Counted from the first letter of the stretch, positions 8,701 through 17,102 are shown. The stretch is DNA of 26,798 bases from Nitrosomonas europaea (GCF_900167395.1 NZ_FUWK01000036.1:1-26798); one strand, 5' to 3'. The notes: a model not told the origin generated them from the sequence alone. Numbers and translations are program-made.

Positions 8701-10362
8701 ATGCTACAGAACAACCCCGAACTCAAAAGCAAGATCGACCAACTCTGGAACAAGTTCTGGAGCGGCGGCATCAGCAACCCGCTTACCGCCATCGAGCAGA
8801 TCACCTACCTGCTGTTCATGAAACGGCTGGATGAACTTGATCAGAAGCGCCAGGCCGACGCAAGAGATGGCTGGAGCGATCCGTATCAATCCAAGTTTGA
8901 AGGCACCTGGATTCCACCCGAGGAGCGCAACTGGCCTGTAGCGGAACAACGCCCCATCGACAAACGCACGCTGCGCTGGGGCGAATTCAAGCGCATGCAA
9001 GCCGAAGAGATGCTGCAGCATGTGCAGGGCAAGGTATTCCCCTTTCTGAAAGACCTGAACGGCGCCGAATCAAACTTTACCCACCACATGAAGAATGCCG
9101 TGTTCATCATCCCCAAGCCAGCGTTGCTGGTGGAGGCGGTGAAGACCATCGACGAGATCTTCGAGGTGATGGAGAAGGACTCACGGGAAAACGGCCAGTC
9201 CTTCCAGGACATCCAGGGCGATGTCTATGAAATGCTACTGGCCGAAATCGCCACCGCTGGCAAGAATGGCCAGTTCCGTACCCCGCGCCATATCATCAAG
9301 CTGATGGCCGAACTGGTACAGCCACAGCTAGGCCACAAGATAGCCGACCCTGCCTGCGGCACGGGCGGTTTCCTGTTGGGTGCCTACCAGTACATCGTCA
9401 CCCAGCTGGCCATCAATGCAGGTACCCAAACCCTCACACCCGATGAAGACGGTTTTACCCGCACGTCAGTTGCCGCCGCATTCGATGAAAAGCGCCAAGC
9501 CATTCTGGCCAGCTCGCTCTGGGGCTACGACATCGACCAGACCATGGTGCGCCTGGGGCTGATGAATCTGATGATGCACGGCATCGAGGAGCCGCACATC
9601 GACTACAAGGACACCCTTAGCAAGAGCTACACCGAGGAAGCCGAATACGACATCGTGTTGGCCAACCCGCCCTTTACCGGCAGCATCGACAAGGGTGACA
9701 TCAATGAAAACCTGCAGCTCTCTACCACCAAGACCGAGCTGCTGTTTGTCGAGAACATCTATCGCCTGCTCAAGAAAGGCGGCACCGCCTGCGTGATCGT
9801 GCCGCAGGGCGTGCTGTTCGGCTCCGGCAAAGCTTTCAAGGATTTGCGCCAAACCCTGGTGGAACACTGCGACCTGAAGGCCGTCATCACCCTGCCCAGC
9901 GGCGTGTTCAAACCCTATGCCGGGGTCAGCACCGCCATTCTGCTGTTCACCAAGGTCTGGGGAATGAAGGACAAGGTTGCCAAACCTGCCACCGAGCATG
10001 TCTGGTTCTACGAGATGGCCGCCGATGGCTACTCGCTGGATGACAAGCGCACCAAGCAGGAAGGCTACGGCGACCTACAAGACATCATTGCCAAATACCA
10101 CGCCCGCGACGCTACCACCGACACCAATCGCACCGCCAAGTGCTTCATGGTGCCGCGAGCCGATATTGAGTCCGAGAACTACGATCTATCCCTGTCGCGA
10201 TATAAGGAAGACGTGTTCGAAGAAGTTCAGTACGACGCGCCTGGCGTGATTCTGGATCGCCTGATTCAGGCGGAAGTAGGTGATGTGGATGAAGCGGAAC
10301 TGGCCAAGGTGCAGAGTGGAATCGTCCGTGAACTATTGGAGCTGAAGGGGATGGTGGAATGA
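8701..10362 (+). CDS. hsdM: Type I R-M N6-adenine DNA methyltransferase subunit
   Basis: HsdM-type N-terminus (..LWNKFWSGGISNPLTAIEQITYLLFMKRLDE..). AdoMet motif ADPACGTGGFL. Catalytic motif IV LANPPFTG. I chose ATG at 8701. The ORF-track start at 8548 would overlap the KilA-N gene by about 150 nt. Confidence 0.9.
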   Translation: MLQNNPELKSKIDQLWNKFWSGGISNPLTAIEQITYLLFMKRLDELDQKRQADARDGWSDPYQSKFEGTWIPPEERNWPVAEQRPIDKRTLRWGEFKRMQAEEMLQHVQGKVFPFLKDLNGAESNFTHHMKNAVFIIPKPALLVEAVKTIDEIFEVMEKDSRENGQSFQDIQGDVYEMLLAEIATAGKNGQFRTPRHIIKLMAELVQPQLGHKIADPACGTGGFLLGAYQYIVTQLAINAGTQTLTPDEDGFTRTSVAAAFDEKRQAILASSLWGYDIDQTMVRLGLMNLMMHGIEEPHIDYKDTLSKSYTEEAEYDIVLANPPFTGSIDKGDINENLQLSTTKTELLFVENIYRLLKKGGTACVIVPQGVLFGSGKAFKDLRQTLVEHCDLKAVITLPSGVFKPYAGVSTAILLFTKVWGMKDKVAKPATEHVWFYEMAADGYSLDDKRTKQEGYGDLQDIIAKYHARDATTDTNRTAKCFMVPRADIESENYDLSLSRYKEDVFEEVQYDAPGVILDRLIQAEVGDVDEAELAKVQSGIVRELLELKGMVE

Positions 10363-12002
10363 TCCCAATGAAACCAACTCCATTGAGACAACTGGCGATT
10401 GTGTCAGCAGGGCAAGCAGCGCCAAAGAGTGACGAATTTTCTGACTACGGAACACCATTTGTCCGAGCAGGTAGCCTGGATAGACTGCTGTCAGGTGAAC
10501 CCGAGTCCGGCCTTGAACTCGTCAGCGAAGAAACAGCCAGGCGACGGAAGCTGAAGACCTATCCGAGAGGAACCGTTCTTTTTGCAAAGAGTGGCATGTC
10601 CGCCACCAAAGATCGCGTCTACGTCCTTCAAAACCCTGCTCATGTCGTTAGCCATCTGGCGACGCTGATCCCAAAGAGCGGAACTCACATAGACTATCTT
10701 CGCTTGGCCTTGAAGCATTTTCCGCCCTCATCGCTGATCAAAGATCCTGCTTATCCAGCCATTGGTCTCGGTGATATCGAGGATTTCAAAATCCCCACTC
10801 CTGATAGTTCCGACGCCCAAATCCGCATTGCCCATCTGCTCGGCAAAGTCGAAGGGCTGATCGCCCAGCGCAAACAACACCTGCAACAACTCGATGACCT
10901 GCTCAAGAGCGTGTTTCTGGAGATGTTTGGCGATCCGGTGCGAAATGAGAAAGGTTGGGACAAGCCCGCGTTGACAGCTTTCGGCAAGATTTCCACGGGC
11001 AATACGCCCCCGAGAAGTGAATCAGTAAATTACGATGGTGATTTCATTGAGTGGATCAAGACGGACAACATTACAGGCGATGCCGTTTGCGTCACACCTT
11101 CTACCGAGCATCTTTCTGAGATTGGGGCGAGAAAGGCAAGAACAGTGACGAGCGGTGCGCTGCTTGTGGCCTGCATCGCCGGTAGCGTCGAATCAATCGG
11201 GCGCGCAGCATTAACAGACAGAACAGTGTCCTTCAACCAGCAGATCAATGCCATCCAGCCTGGAAAGGATGTTAATCCTTTGTACTTGTATGGTCTGTTT
11301 AAGTTGTCTCGGAGCTATATACAGAGCCACGCCACGAAGGGGATGAAGAAGATTCTGACAAAGGGTGATTTTGAGAAGATCACGATGATCAAACCATCCT
11401 TCGAAATGCAAAATCGATTCGCGGTCATTTTTGAAAAAGTCGAAAGTATTAAGTCCAGATACAAACAAAGCCTCGCCGATCTGGAAACCCTCTACGGCGC
11501 ACTAAGCCAGCAGGCCTTCAAGGGGGAACTGGATCTGTCGCGCGTGCCTATTCCCGCCCAGCTTGTCGCGCCCGTTTCCCCTGGAGATCAAGCCACCGTG
11601 CCAGAACCTGTTGTGCAGACCGTGCCTGCTATTCATTTGCCCGATACCGGAAACCTGCTGGCAGCGTTGGAAAATTCCGAGGCGCGTAAAGCATTGATCG
11701 CAGAATGGCTGGAAGCCTATCGCCAACAACTGGGAGATGCACCATTTTCGGTGCAAGATTTTATGGTGGCGGTGAGTGATCGACTCACAGAATGGCTGCA
11801 GACTGTGGTGGAAGACGAAGGTGTCACTGATGAGCAGAAGAACCGTTTAGCCGAGTTCTACCCGAGCAATGATGTTGGGCTTGACGTAAACGACTATGAA
11901 CACATAAAAAAATGGGTATTCGAGGCGCTGGCGGCTGGCGCCCTGACGCAGGGGGGCAATAAAGTCGGCAACCGCATCGAACTCAAGGCTGTTCAGTCAT
12001 GA
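10359..12002 (+). CDS. hsdS: Type I R-M specificity subunit with a non-canonical C-terminal extension of about 150 aa
   Basis: Two target-recognition regions (aa ~1-150 and ~200-345). They are separated and followed by the conserved helical spacers (..AQIRIAHLLGKVEGLIAQRKQHLQQLDDLLKSVFLEMF.. and ..QNRFAVIFEKVESIKSRYKQSLADLETLYGALSQQAFKGEL..). ATGA overlap with the hsdM stop. Residues ~394-547 are extra. Confidence 0.85.
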   Translation: MIPMKPTPLRQLAIVSAGQAAPKSDEFSDYGTPFVRAGSLDRLLSGEPESGLELVSEETARRRKLKTYPRGTVLFAKSGMSATKDRVYVLQNPAHVVSHLATLIPKSGTHIDYLRLALKHFPPSSLIKDPAYPAIGLGDIEDFKIPTPDSSDAQIRIAHLLGKVEGLIAQRKQHLQQLDDLLKSVFLEMFGDPVRNEKGWDKPALTAFGKISTGNTPPRSESVNYDGDFIEWIKTDNITGDAVCVTPSTEHLSEIGARKARTVTSGALLVACIAGSVESIGRAALTDRTVSFNQQINAIQPGKDVNPLYLYGLFKLSRSYIQSHATKGMKKILTKGDFEKITMIKPSFEMQNRFAVIFEKVESIKSRYKQSLADLETLYGALSQQAFKGELDLSRVPIPAQLVAPVSPGDQATVPEPVVQTVPAIHLPDTGNLLAALENSEARKALIAEWLEAYRQQLGDAPFSVQDFMVAVSDRLTEWLQTVVEDEGVTDEQKNRLAEFYPSNDVGLDVNDYEHIKKWVFEALAAGALTQGGNKVGNRIELKAVQS

Positions 12003-13831
12003 AACTGCTCCGCCTCAAGATCACTGACTCGGCAGGCTTTCGTAGCCTGCCCTGTGGTTTCGAGCATCACTTCCGCACCGAGTGGAGCTTGCAGGAAGAA
12101 CTGGCCCAGCCCGAAGGCTTTGGGCCTTTCGTGTGTGCAGGCCCCAACGGCAGCGGTAAGTCCAACTTGCTCGAGGCGTTGGCAGCGATCTTCTTTCAGC
12201 TGGAGGTGCAGCGGGTACGCCGCAATTTCTTGCCCGATATCTTTCAGTACGACCCTGATGACAATCCGGAGGGCATACAAGAGCACGAAGGCCATCCCAA
12301 CGCCTATGAACTGGAATACCTGATCAAGTTGCCGAAGGAACACCGTTCTTCCGGTAGTCCGGAGTTCGCCCACGTGGTCGTGATCAAGGAGAGGGACAAG
12401 TCGCCGTGGCTGCGCTGGGAGAACAACGAAGCATTCCCTGTCGAGGGTTTTGCTTTCAGCACATTGACTGATGAAGAGCGTGACCTGTTATTGCCGCAGT
12501 ACGTGCTGGGCTACTCCTCCGGCGAGAATGAGATTCTCAGCCTGCCGTTCTTCAAGATGCGCTTCATCCAGTTCGATGAGTACTCGAATGCTCTGGCTCG
12601 ACAGCTTCCTTATCCCGGCCGCCCCGAAACGCGGCTGGCCTATCTGGACAGCAGCTTCAGCCAGGCCATCCTGCTGTGCAACTTGCTGTTTCAGGACGCG
12701 GCTACGCTCCAGCCCTTCCGCGAGGATGTTGGCATCGAGGCGCTACAGGAGTTCCGCATCGTCCTGCGCCGCAGTGTTCCGGTCACCCATCAGCAGGTTG
12801 CTGCTTTCACTTCGGGTGAGTACGTTTTGCCCACTGAGACGCAGGATGGTCGCTTTACAGATACCAATGTGGTTTATCTTGACCCGGAGACTGGCGATTA
12901 CCGGCTCAATCTGCTTCAGGGGCTGGAAGCGAATGAACGCACTGAACGTACCGCCATTGTCGAGAAGCTCAAGCGTTGCGCCACGCTGCATTTTCACGAT
13001 GAAGCGACCGATACCTTGGTTCTGGACTACCGGGTCAATGAAGCAACCAAGCAAGCCTTTCGTGCCAACTTCGATGATCCGGCGGGCCCAGCACTGGCCT
13101 TGTTTCAGGCCTTGCAGGTTCTGCTGACGCTCAACTTGTATAGCGTCAGCGACACCATCAAGGCCGACTTGTACCGCTCCACCAGCCACTACGTCAGTGA
13201 GACGGTACCGACGCTGGCCTCCGACCAGCGCATCATGCGTTTCAAGAATTTTTACTTCACAAAGCAGGGCGTAAAAAAGCCGATGCTGCTCAAAGATCTG
13301 TCGGATGGCGAGTATCAGATGCTGCACAGCCTCGGGCTATGCCTGCTGTTTCGCAAGACCAACAGCCTGTTCCTGCTTGATGAGCCAGAAACCCACTTCA
13401 ACCCACACTGGCGCGCCAGCTTCATCACCCGTCTGCGTCAATGCCTGCCCGATGTGGAGGGTGTGGGACAAGAAATGCTGGTCACCACCCACACGCCCTT
13501 CCTGATCTCCGACAGCAAGCCGGACAAGGTGTTGGTGTTCGCCAAGGATAAAACCAGCGGCGAGGTCAGCATCAGCAAGCCGAACTACAACACGCTGGGC
13601 GCATCGATCAACAAGATCACCATGAACACCTTCGGCAAGCGCGAAACCATCGGTGGCTATGCGCAGGTGCTGCTGGATGATTTGCGCAAGCGTTTTGAAG
13701 AAGGCCATGAGGACAGGGAAACCTTGATCACCGAAATTAACCAGCAACTGGGCGATTCGGTGGAAAAGCTGCTGTTGATCAAGACCATTCTCGACGGAAA
13801 TCAACCTGCCGATGAGGAGGCGCAGGACTGA
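11999..13831 (+). CDS. ABC/SMC-type (AAA_15/AAA_21-like) ATPase linked to the restriction operon
   Basis: 610 aa.
- Walker A: GPNGSGKSN (nt 12140-12166).
- ABC signature-like: LSDGEYQ (nt 13298-13318).
- Walker B/D-loop: LFLLDEPETHFNP (D461-E462 at nt 13379-13384).
- H-loop: TTHTP.
- An insert of about 370 aa lies between Walker A and the signature motif.
- The start ATG overlaps the hsdS stop (ATGA at 11999-12002). Confidence 0.85.
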   Translation: MKLLRLKITDSAGFRSLPCGFEHHFRTEWSLQEELAQPEGFGPFVCAGPNGSGKSNLLEALAAIFFQLEVQRVRRNFLPDIFQYDPDDNPEGIQEHEGHPNAYELEYLIKLPKEHRSSGSPEFAHVVVIKERDKSPWLRWENNEAFPVEGFAFSTLTDEERDLLLPQYVLGYSSGENEILSLPFFKMRFIQFDEYSNALARQLPYPGRPETRLAYLDSSFSQAILLCNLLFQDAATLQPFREDVGIEALQEFRIVLRRSVPVTHQQVAAFTSGEYVLPTETQDGRFTDTNVVYLDPETGDYRLNLLQGLEANERTERTAIVEKLKRCATLHFHDEATDTLVLDYRVNEATKQAFRANFDDPAGPALALFQALQVLLTLNLYSVSDTIKADLYRSTSHYVSETVPTLASDQRIMRFKNFYFTKQGVKKPMLLKDLSDGEYQMLHSLGLCLLFRKTNSLFLLDEPETHFNPHWRASFITRLRQCLPDVEGVGQEMLVTTHTPFLISDSKPDKVLVFAKDKTSGEVSISKPNYNTLGASINKITMNTFGKRETIGGYAQVLLDDLRKRFEEGHEDRETLITEINQQLGDSVEKLLLIKTILDGNQPADEEAQD

Positions 13832-14892
13832 TGCTGATTCCGTACACCTATGTGCCGCATCAGATGGAGAAGATGCAGGCGTTTATCGATTTCATCTTTC
13901 ACGAGATTTGGTGCAAGGCACCGGCAAGCGGCCCGTTTGGCCTTCACCTGTTCAACGCCAATGCGGAGTTGCGCGAAGTGATGGAAGCGTTCTATTACTC
14001 CGACGCGCAAGGTGCCGATTTCTTTTATGGCCATGTGGAACGAATCTATGGCTTGTTTTCGGCGCTTACTTTCGTGCAGATAAGCCAGTTTCAGCAGTGG
14101 TACCTGGGCAATAACGACCTGGAGAAAGTGTGCGCCAATGCTCCTGCTGCACAGATCGTCCGGTACGCGGACATTGCCACCACCCACCAAGACCTTGCTG
14201 ACCAACTTGCCTCCTTTTTCAAGGGCTTGTACTCACAGTCGCTGCTTGGTCTTGCTACACTACGCGCCAAGATCGGAGATATAGACGATCACTATCAAGC
14301 CTTTGTTGCGGCGAACAAGATGGGGAAATGTCCTTTCTGCGGCATTGGAGACATCAAGGGCGAGCATCACAGCAAACGCGAAGCCTACGATCACTACCTC
14401 CCCAAAGCGCTATATCCATTCAATTCTATCAATTTCCGCAACCTTGCTCCGGCGTGCCATGAATGTAACAGCACCTATAAGCTAAGCAAGGACCCTGCGC
14501 ACAATGCGGTTGGGCGGCGCAAGGCCTTTAATCCGTATGCCGCAGCGGATCATGCTATTCAAATACAGGTCGCTCTGCCGCATGCGGACATTGACGCACT
14601 GACGCCTGCTGACATCACGATGCACTTCGGCCCTGTGGAGCTGGCAGAGGAACTCGAAACCTGGAAAGATGTATATGGCATTGAGGAGCGCTACAAGGCC
14701 AAATTTTGTGCCGAAAACGACGGAAAATATTGGCTGACACAGGTGCTGGACGAGTGGAAAGAGGACGGTCGAGACCCTGCCGATTTCATGACCACACTGG
14801 TGCGGCAGGTGCAAAAGAACCCGTACGCAGAGTGCAATTTCCTCAGAAAGCCTTTTCTCGATGCTTGTCAGCAGGTCGGTATTTTTAAATGA
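13831..14892 (+). CDS. HNH-motif nuclease with unassigned N- and C-terminal regions, partner of the upstream ATPase
   Basis: 353 aa. The zinc-ribbon/HNH core spans nt 14329-14469: C167-P-F-C170 ... D187-H188 ... N204 ... C209-H-E-C212-N. I cannot assign aa 1-165 or 220-353 to any family. GAGGAGG Shine-Dalgarno sequence at 13814-13820. The start overlaps the ATPase stop (TGATG at 13829-13833). Confidence 0.75.
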   Translation: MLIPYTYVPHQMEKMQAFIDFIFHEIWCKAPASGPFGLHLFNANAELREVMEAFYYSDAQGADFFYGHVERIYGLFSALTFVQISQFQQWYLGNNDLEKVCANAPAAQIVRYADIATTHQDLADQLASFFKGLYSQSLLGLATLRAKIGDIDDHYQAFVAANKMGKCPFCGIGDIKGEHHSKREAYDHYLPKALYPFNSINFRNLAPACHECNSTYKLSKDPAHNAVGRRKAFNPYAAADHAIQIQVALPHADIDALTPADITMHFGPVELAEELETWKDVYGIEERYKAKFCAENDGKYWLTQVLDEWKEDGRDPADFMTTLVRQVQKNPYAECNFLRKPFLDACQQVGIFK

Positions 14893-15120
14893 TTCTCGCA
14901 GTTGGCTGCACCAGTGCTTATAAAATCAGAAAGCTCGTTCGTATAAGGTTAACTTTCTTAGTGGATTTTTTGCTTAAAACATCAGTGTTGACACGATTTC
15001 TGGGCATAGCCGCACGAGTGTTCCAGTAATAACTGCTTTTACAACATCACGGATTTAGAGATGATCAGTTATAGCCGACGTTTCTGCAGCAACGGCAATC
15101 ATGATTCTAAGCAGGCTACC

Positions 15121-15129
15121 TGTTACAAT
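15121..15129 (+). promoter_or_regulatory. Putative extended -10 promoter element (TGTTACAAT) driving the riboswitch leader
   Basis: TGnTACAAT lies about 6 nt upstream of the first base of the predicted riboswitch P1 stem. The -35 region is weak (ATGATT/TTCTAA). Confidence 0.4.
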
Positions 15130-15134
15130 TTGCC

Positions 15135-15239
15135 GGTCATTGGGGAGTAGCCGCTCTTCGTTTCGAAGGGGCTTACGTCAACATACTTGACCGGCAGGTC
15201 ATGGCGTAAGCGGTTCTAAGCCTGGCAAGACCTTTGACC
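15135..15239 (+). promoter_or_regulatory. yybP-ykoY (manganese) riboswitch
   Basis: Conserved blocks are in the right order: uuGGGGAGUAG (15141-15150), CAACAUAC (15179-15186) and GGCAAGACC (15224-15232).
- P1: GGUCA (15135-39) pairs with UGACC (15235-39).
- Hairpin CUCUUCG-UUU-CGAAGGG.
- Helix CUUACG (15172-77) / CGUAAG (15205-10).
- Hairpin UGACC-GGCA-GGUCA.
The downstream gene belongs to a family known to be controlled by this riboswitch class. Confidence 0.8.
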
Positions 15240-15306
15240 ACAATGCCTCCGATTTGGCCGGGGAGGCGTTGTGGTCAATCGTCTGTAAACCGGCCGGAGA
15301 ACATTG

Positions 15307-15885
15307 ATGGAATCCTTCCTCGTTTCGACCGGAGTCGTTGCCCTTGCCGAGATTGGCGATAAAACTCAGCTCCTCGCTTTCCTTCTTGCTGCCCGCTTCA
15401 AAAAACCGCTTCCCATCATGCTGGGTATTCTGGTTGCAACGCTCATCAATCATGGTCTCGCTGGTTTCCTCGGTGCCTGGATCACGGCGACTGTCAGCCC
15501 TGACATTCTGCGCTGGATCCTGGGCCTTTCGTTCATCGGCATGGCAATCTGGACGATGATCCCGGATGAGATCGAACAAGAAGAAACTTTGATCGCCGGG
15601 AAATTCGGTATCTTCGGTGCTACGCTGATCACTTTTTTTCTTGCTGAAACAGGTGACAAGACTCAGATTGCGACGATTACAATGGCTGCTCACTACGGAA
15701 CTCCATTCATGGTCGTGATGGGTACGACGCTCGGCATGCTGATTGCCGATATCCCGGCCGTTTTTGCCGGTGAAAAATTGGCGACCAGAATTCCGATGAA
15801 ACTCGTTCACTCGATTGCTGCCGCGGTTTTTGCCTTACTGGGTGTTGCGACATTGCTCGGCGCCGGATCAAAGCTCGGGTTCTGA
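15307..15885 (+). CDS. GDT1/TMEM165 (UPF0016) family cation (Mn2+/Ca2+) transporter
   Basis: Two copies of the family signature E-x-G-D-K-T (AEIGDKTQ and AETGDKTQ) sit in a six-helix membrane protein. GGAGA Shine-Dalgarno sequence at 15296-15300. I preferred ATG at 15307 over TTG at 15304. Confidence 0.85.
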   Translation: MESFLVSTGVVALAEIGDKTQLLAFLLAARFKKPLPIMLGILVATLINHGLAGFLGAWITATVSPDILRWILGLSFIGMAIWTMIPDEIEQEETLIAGKFGIFGATLITFFLAETGDKTQIATITMAAHYGTPFMVVMGTTLGMLIADIPAVFAGEKLATRIPMKLVHSIAAAVFALLGVATLLGAGSKLGF

Positions 15886-15914
15886 ATCGGATCCGATTTT
15901 CTTTTTAATCCAAC

Positions 15915-17090
15915 ATGACAACAGAAAACAATCAACGGACAAAAATCCCGGCTGGTATTTGGGTGCTCGGCTGCGTGAGTATGCTGATGGATATTTCCTC
16001 AGAGATGATCCACAGCCTGCTGCCGCTGTTCATGGTAGGCACACTGGGTGCAAGCGCCTTTGTCGTGGGTCTGATCGAAGGTCTGGCTGAATCGACAGCA
16101 CTGATCGTCAAGGTTTTTTCGGGCGTGTTGAGTGACTGGTTCGGTAAACGTAAGGGTCTGGCGGTATTCGGCTACGCTTTGGGTGCGTTGACCAAACCGC
16201 TTTTTGCCATTGCGCCGGGTATCGGCGTTGTGCTGACAGCACGTCTGCTGGATCGGATCGGCAAGGGCGTGCGTGGTGCGCCGCGTGATGCACTGGTGGC
16301 CGATATTGCACCGCCTGAAATACGTGGCGCAGCGTTTGGTCTTCGGCAGTCACTGGATACGGTGGGCGCTTTCCTGGGGCCACTGCTGGCCGTTGGTCTG
16401 ATGCTGTTATGGGCCGATGATTTTCGAGCGGTATTCTGGGTGGCCGTTGTTCCGGGGCTGCTCGCGGTTGCACTGCTGCTGTTTGGTGTGCATGAACCTG
16501 ATCGCCACGTCGGTGAAAAACGTATCAATCCGATTCGCCCGGAAAACCTCAAGCGATTGAGTAGCGCATACTGGTGGGTGGTCGGCGTGGGAGCCGTTTT
16601 TACATTGGCCCGATTCAGTGAGGCATTCCTGGTACTGCGGGCTCAGCAGAGTGGAATTGCCGTTGCGCTGGTGCCATTGGTGATGGTGGTGATGAATGTC
16701 GTGTACTCAGCATCGGCCTATCCTTTCGGCAAGCTGTCCGATCGGATGAATCACAAGCTGCTGCTGGCACTGGGCCTGGTGGTACTGATCGCCGCCGATC
16801 TGATTCTGGCACTGGATGATCACTGGATAACGGTACTCGCTGGCGTTGCATTGTGGGGCGCTCACATGGGCATGACGCAAGGTTTGCTGGCGACGATGGT
16901 GGCCGATGCGGCCCCTGCTGATCTTCGGGGTACCGCTTTCGGATTCTTCAATCTGGTGAGTGGTATTGTCATGCTGATCGCCAGTGCAGTAGCCGGCCTG
17001 CTGTGGGATCAGCTCGGAGCATCGTTCACTTTCTATACGGGTGCCGTGTTCTCTGGCGTTGCATTGCTTGGCTTGCTCAAAAGGTTTTGA
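15915..17090 (+). CDS. MFS transporter
   Basis: 391 aa with about 12 hydrophobic segments. MFS motif-A-like sequences (..LSDWFGKRKG.., ..LLDRIGKGVRGAPRDA..). Confidence 0.75.
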   Translation: MTTENNQRTKIPAGIWVLGCVSMLMDISSEMIHSLLPLFMVGTLGASAFVVGLIEGLAESTALIVKVFSGVLSDWFGKRKGLAVFGYALGALTKPLFAIAPGIGVVLTARLLDRIGKGVRGAPRDALVADIAPPEIRGAAFGLRQSLDTVGAFLGPLLAVGLMLLWADDFRAVFWVAVVPGLLAVALLLFGVHEPDRHVGEKRINPIRPENLKRLSSAYWWVVGVGAVFTLARFSEAFLVLRAQQSGIAVALVPLVMVVMNVVYSASAYPFGKLSDRMNHKLLLALGLVVLIAADLILALDDHWITVLAGVALWGAHMGMTQGLLATMVADAAPADLRGTAFGFFNLVSGIVMLIASAVAGLLWDQLGASFTFYTGAVFSGVALLGLLKRF

Positions 17091-17102
17091 TCAGAACGAT
17101 GA

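Noticed and set aside
14893-14975. Rho-independent terminator after the HNH gene
   Set aside because: Only weak stems are present: GCAG-TTGG-CTGC, and AGAAAG...CTTTCT with a 20-nt loop. A T-run lies nearby. This is not strong enough to call.
15199-15810. 203-aa minus-strand ORF across the riboswitch and the GDT1 gene
   Set aside because: The opposite strand encodes a protein with two perfect ExGDKT signatures, preceded by a riboswitch. The antisense translation has no features.
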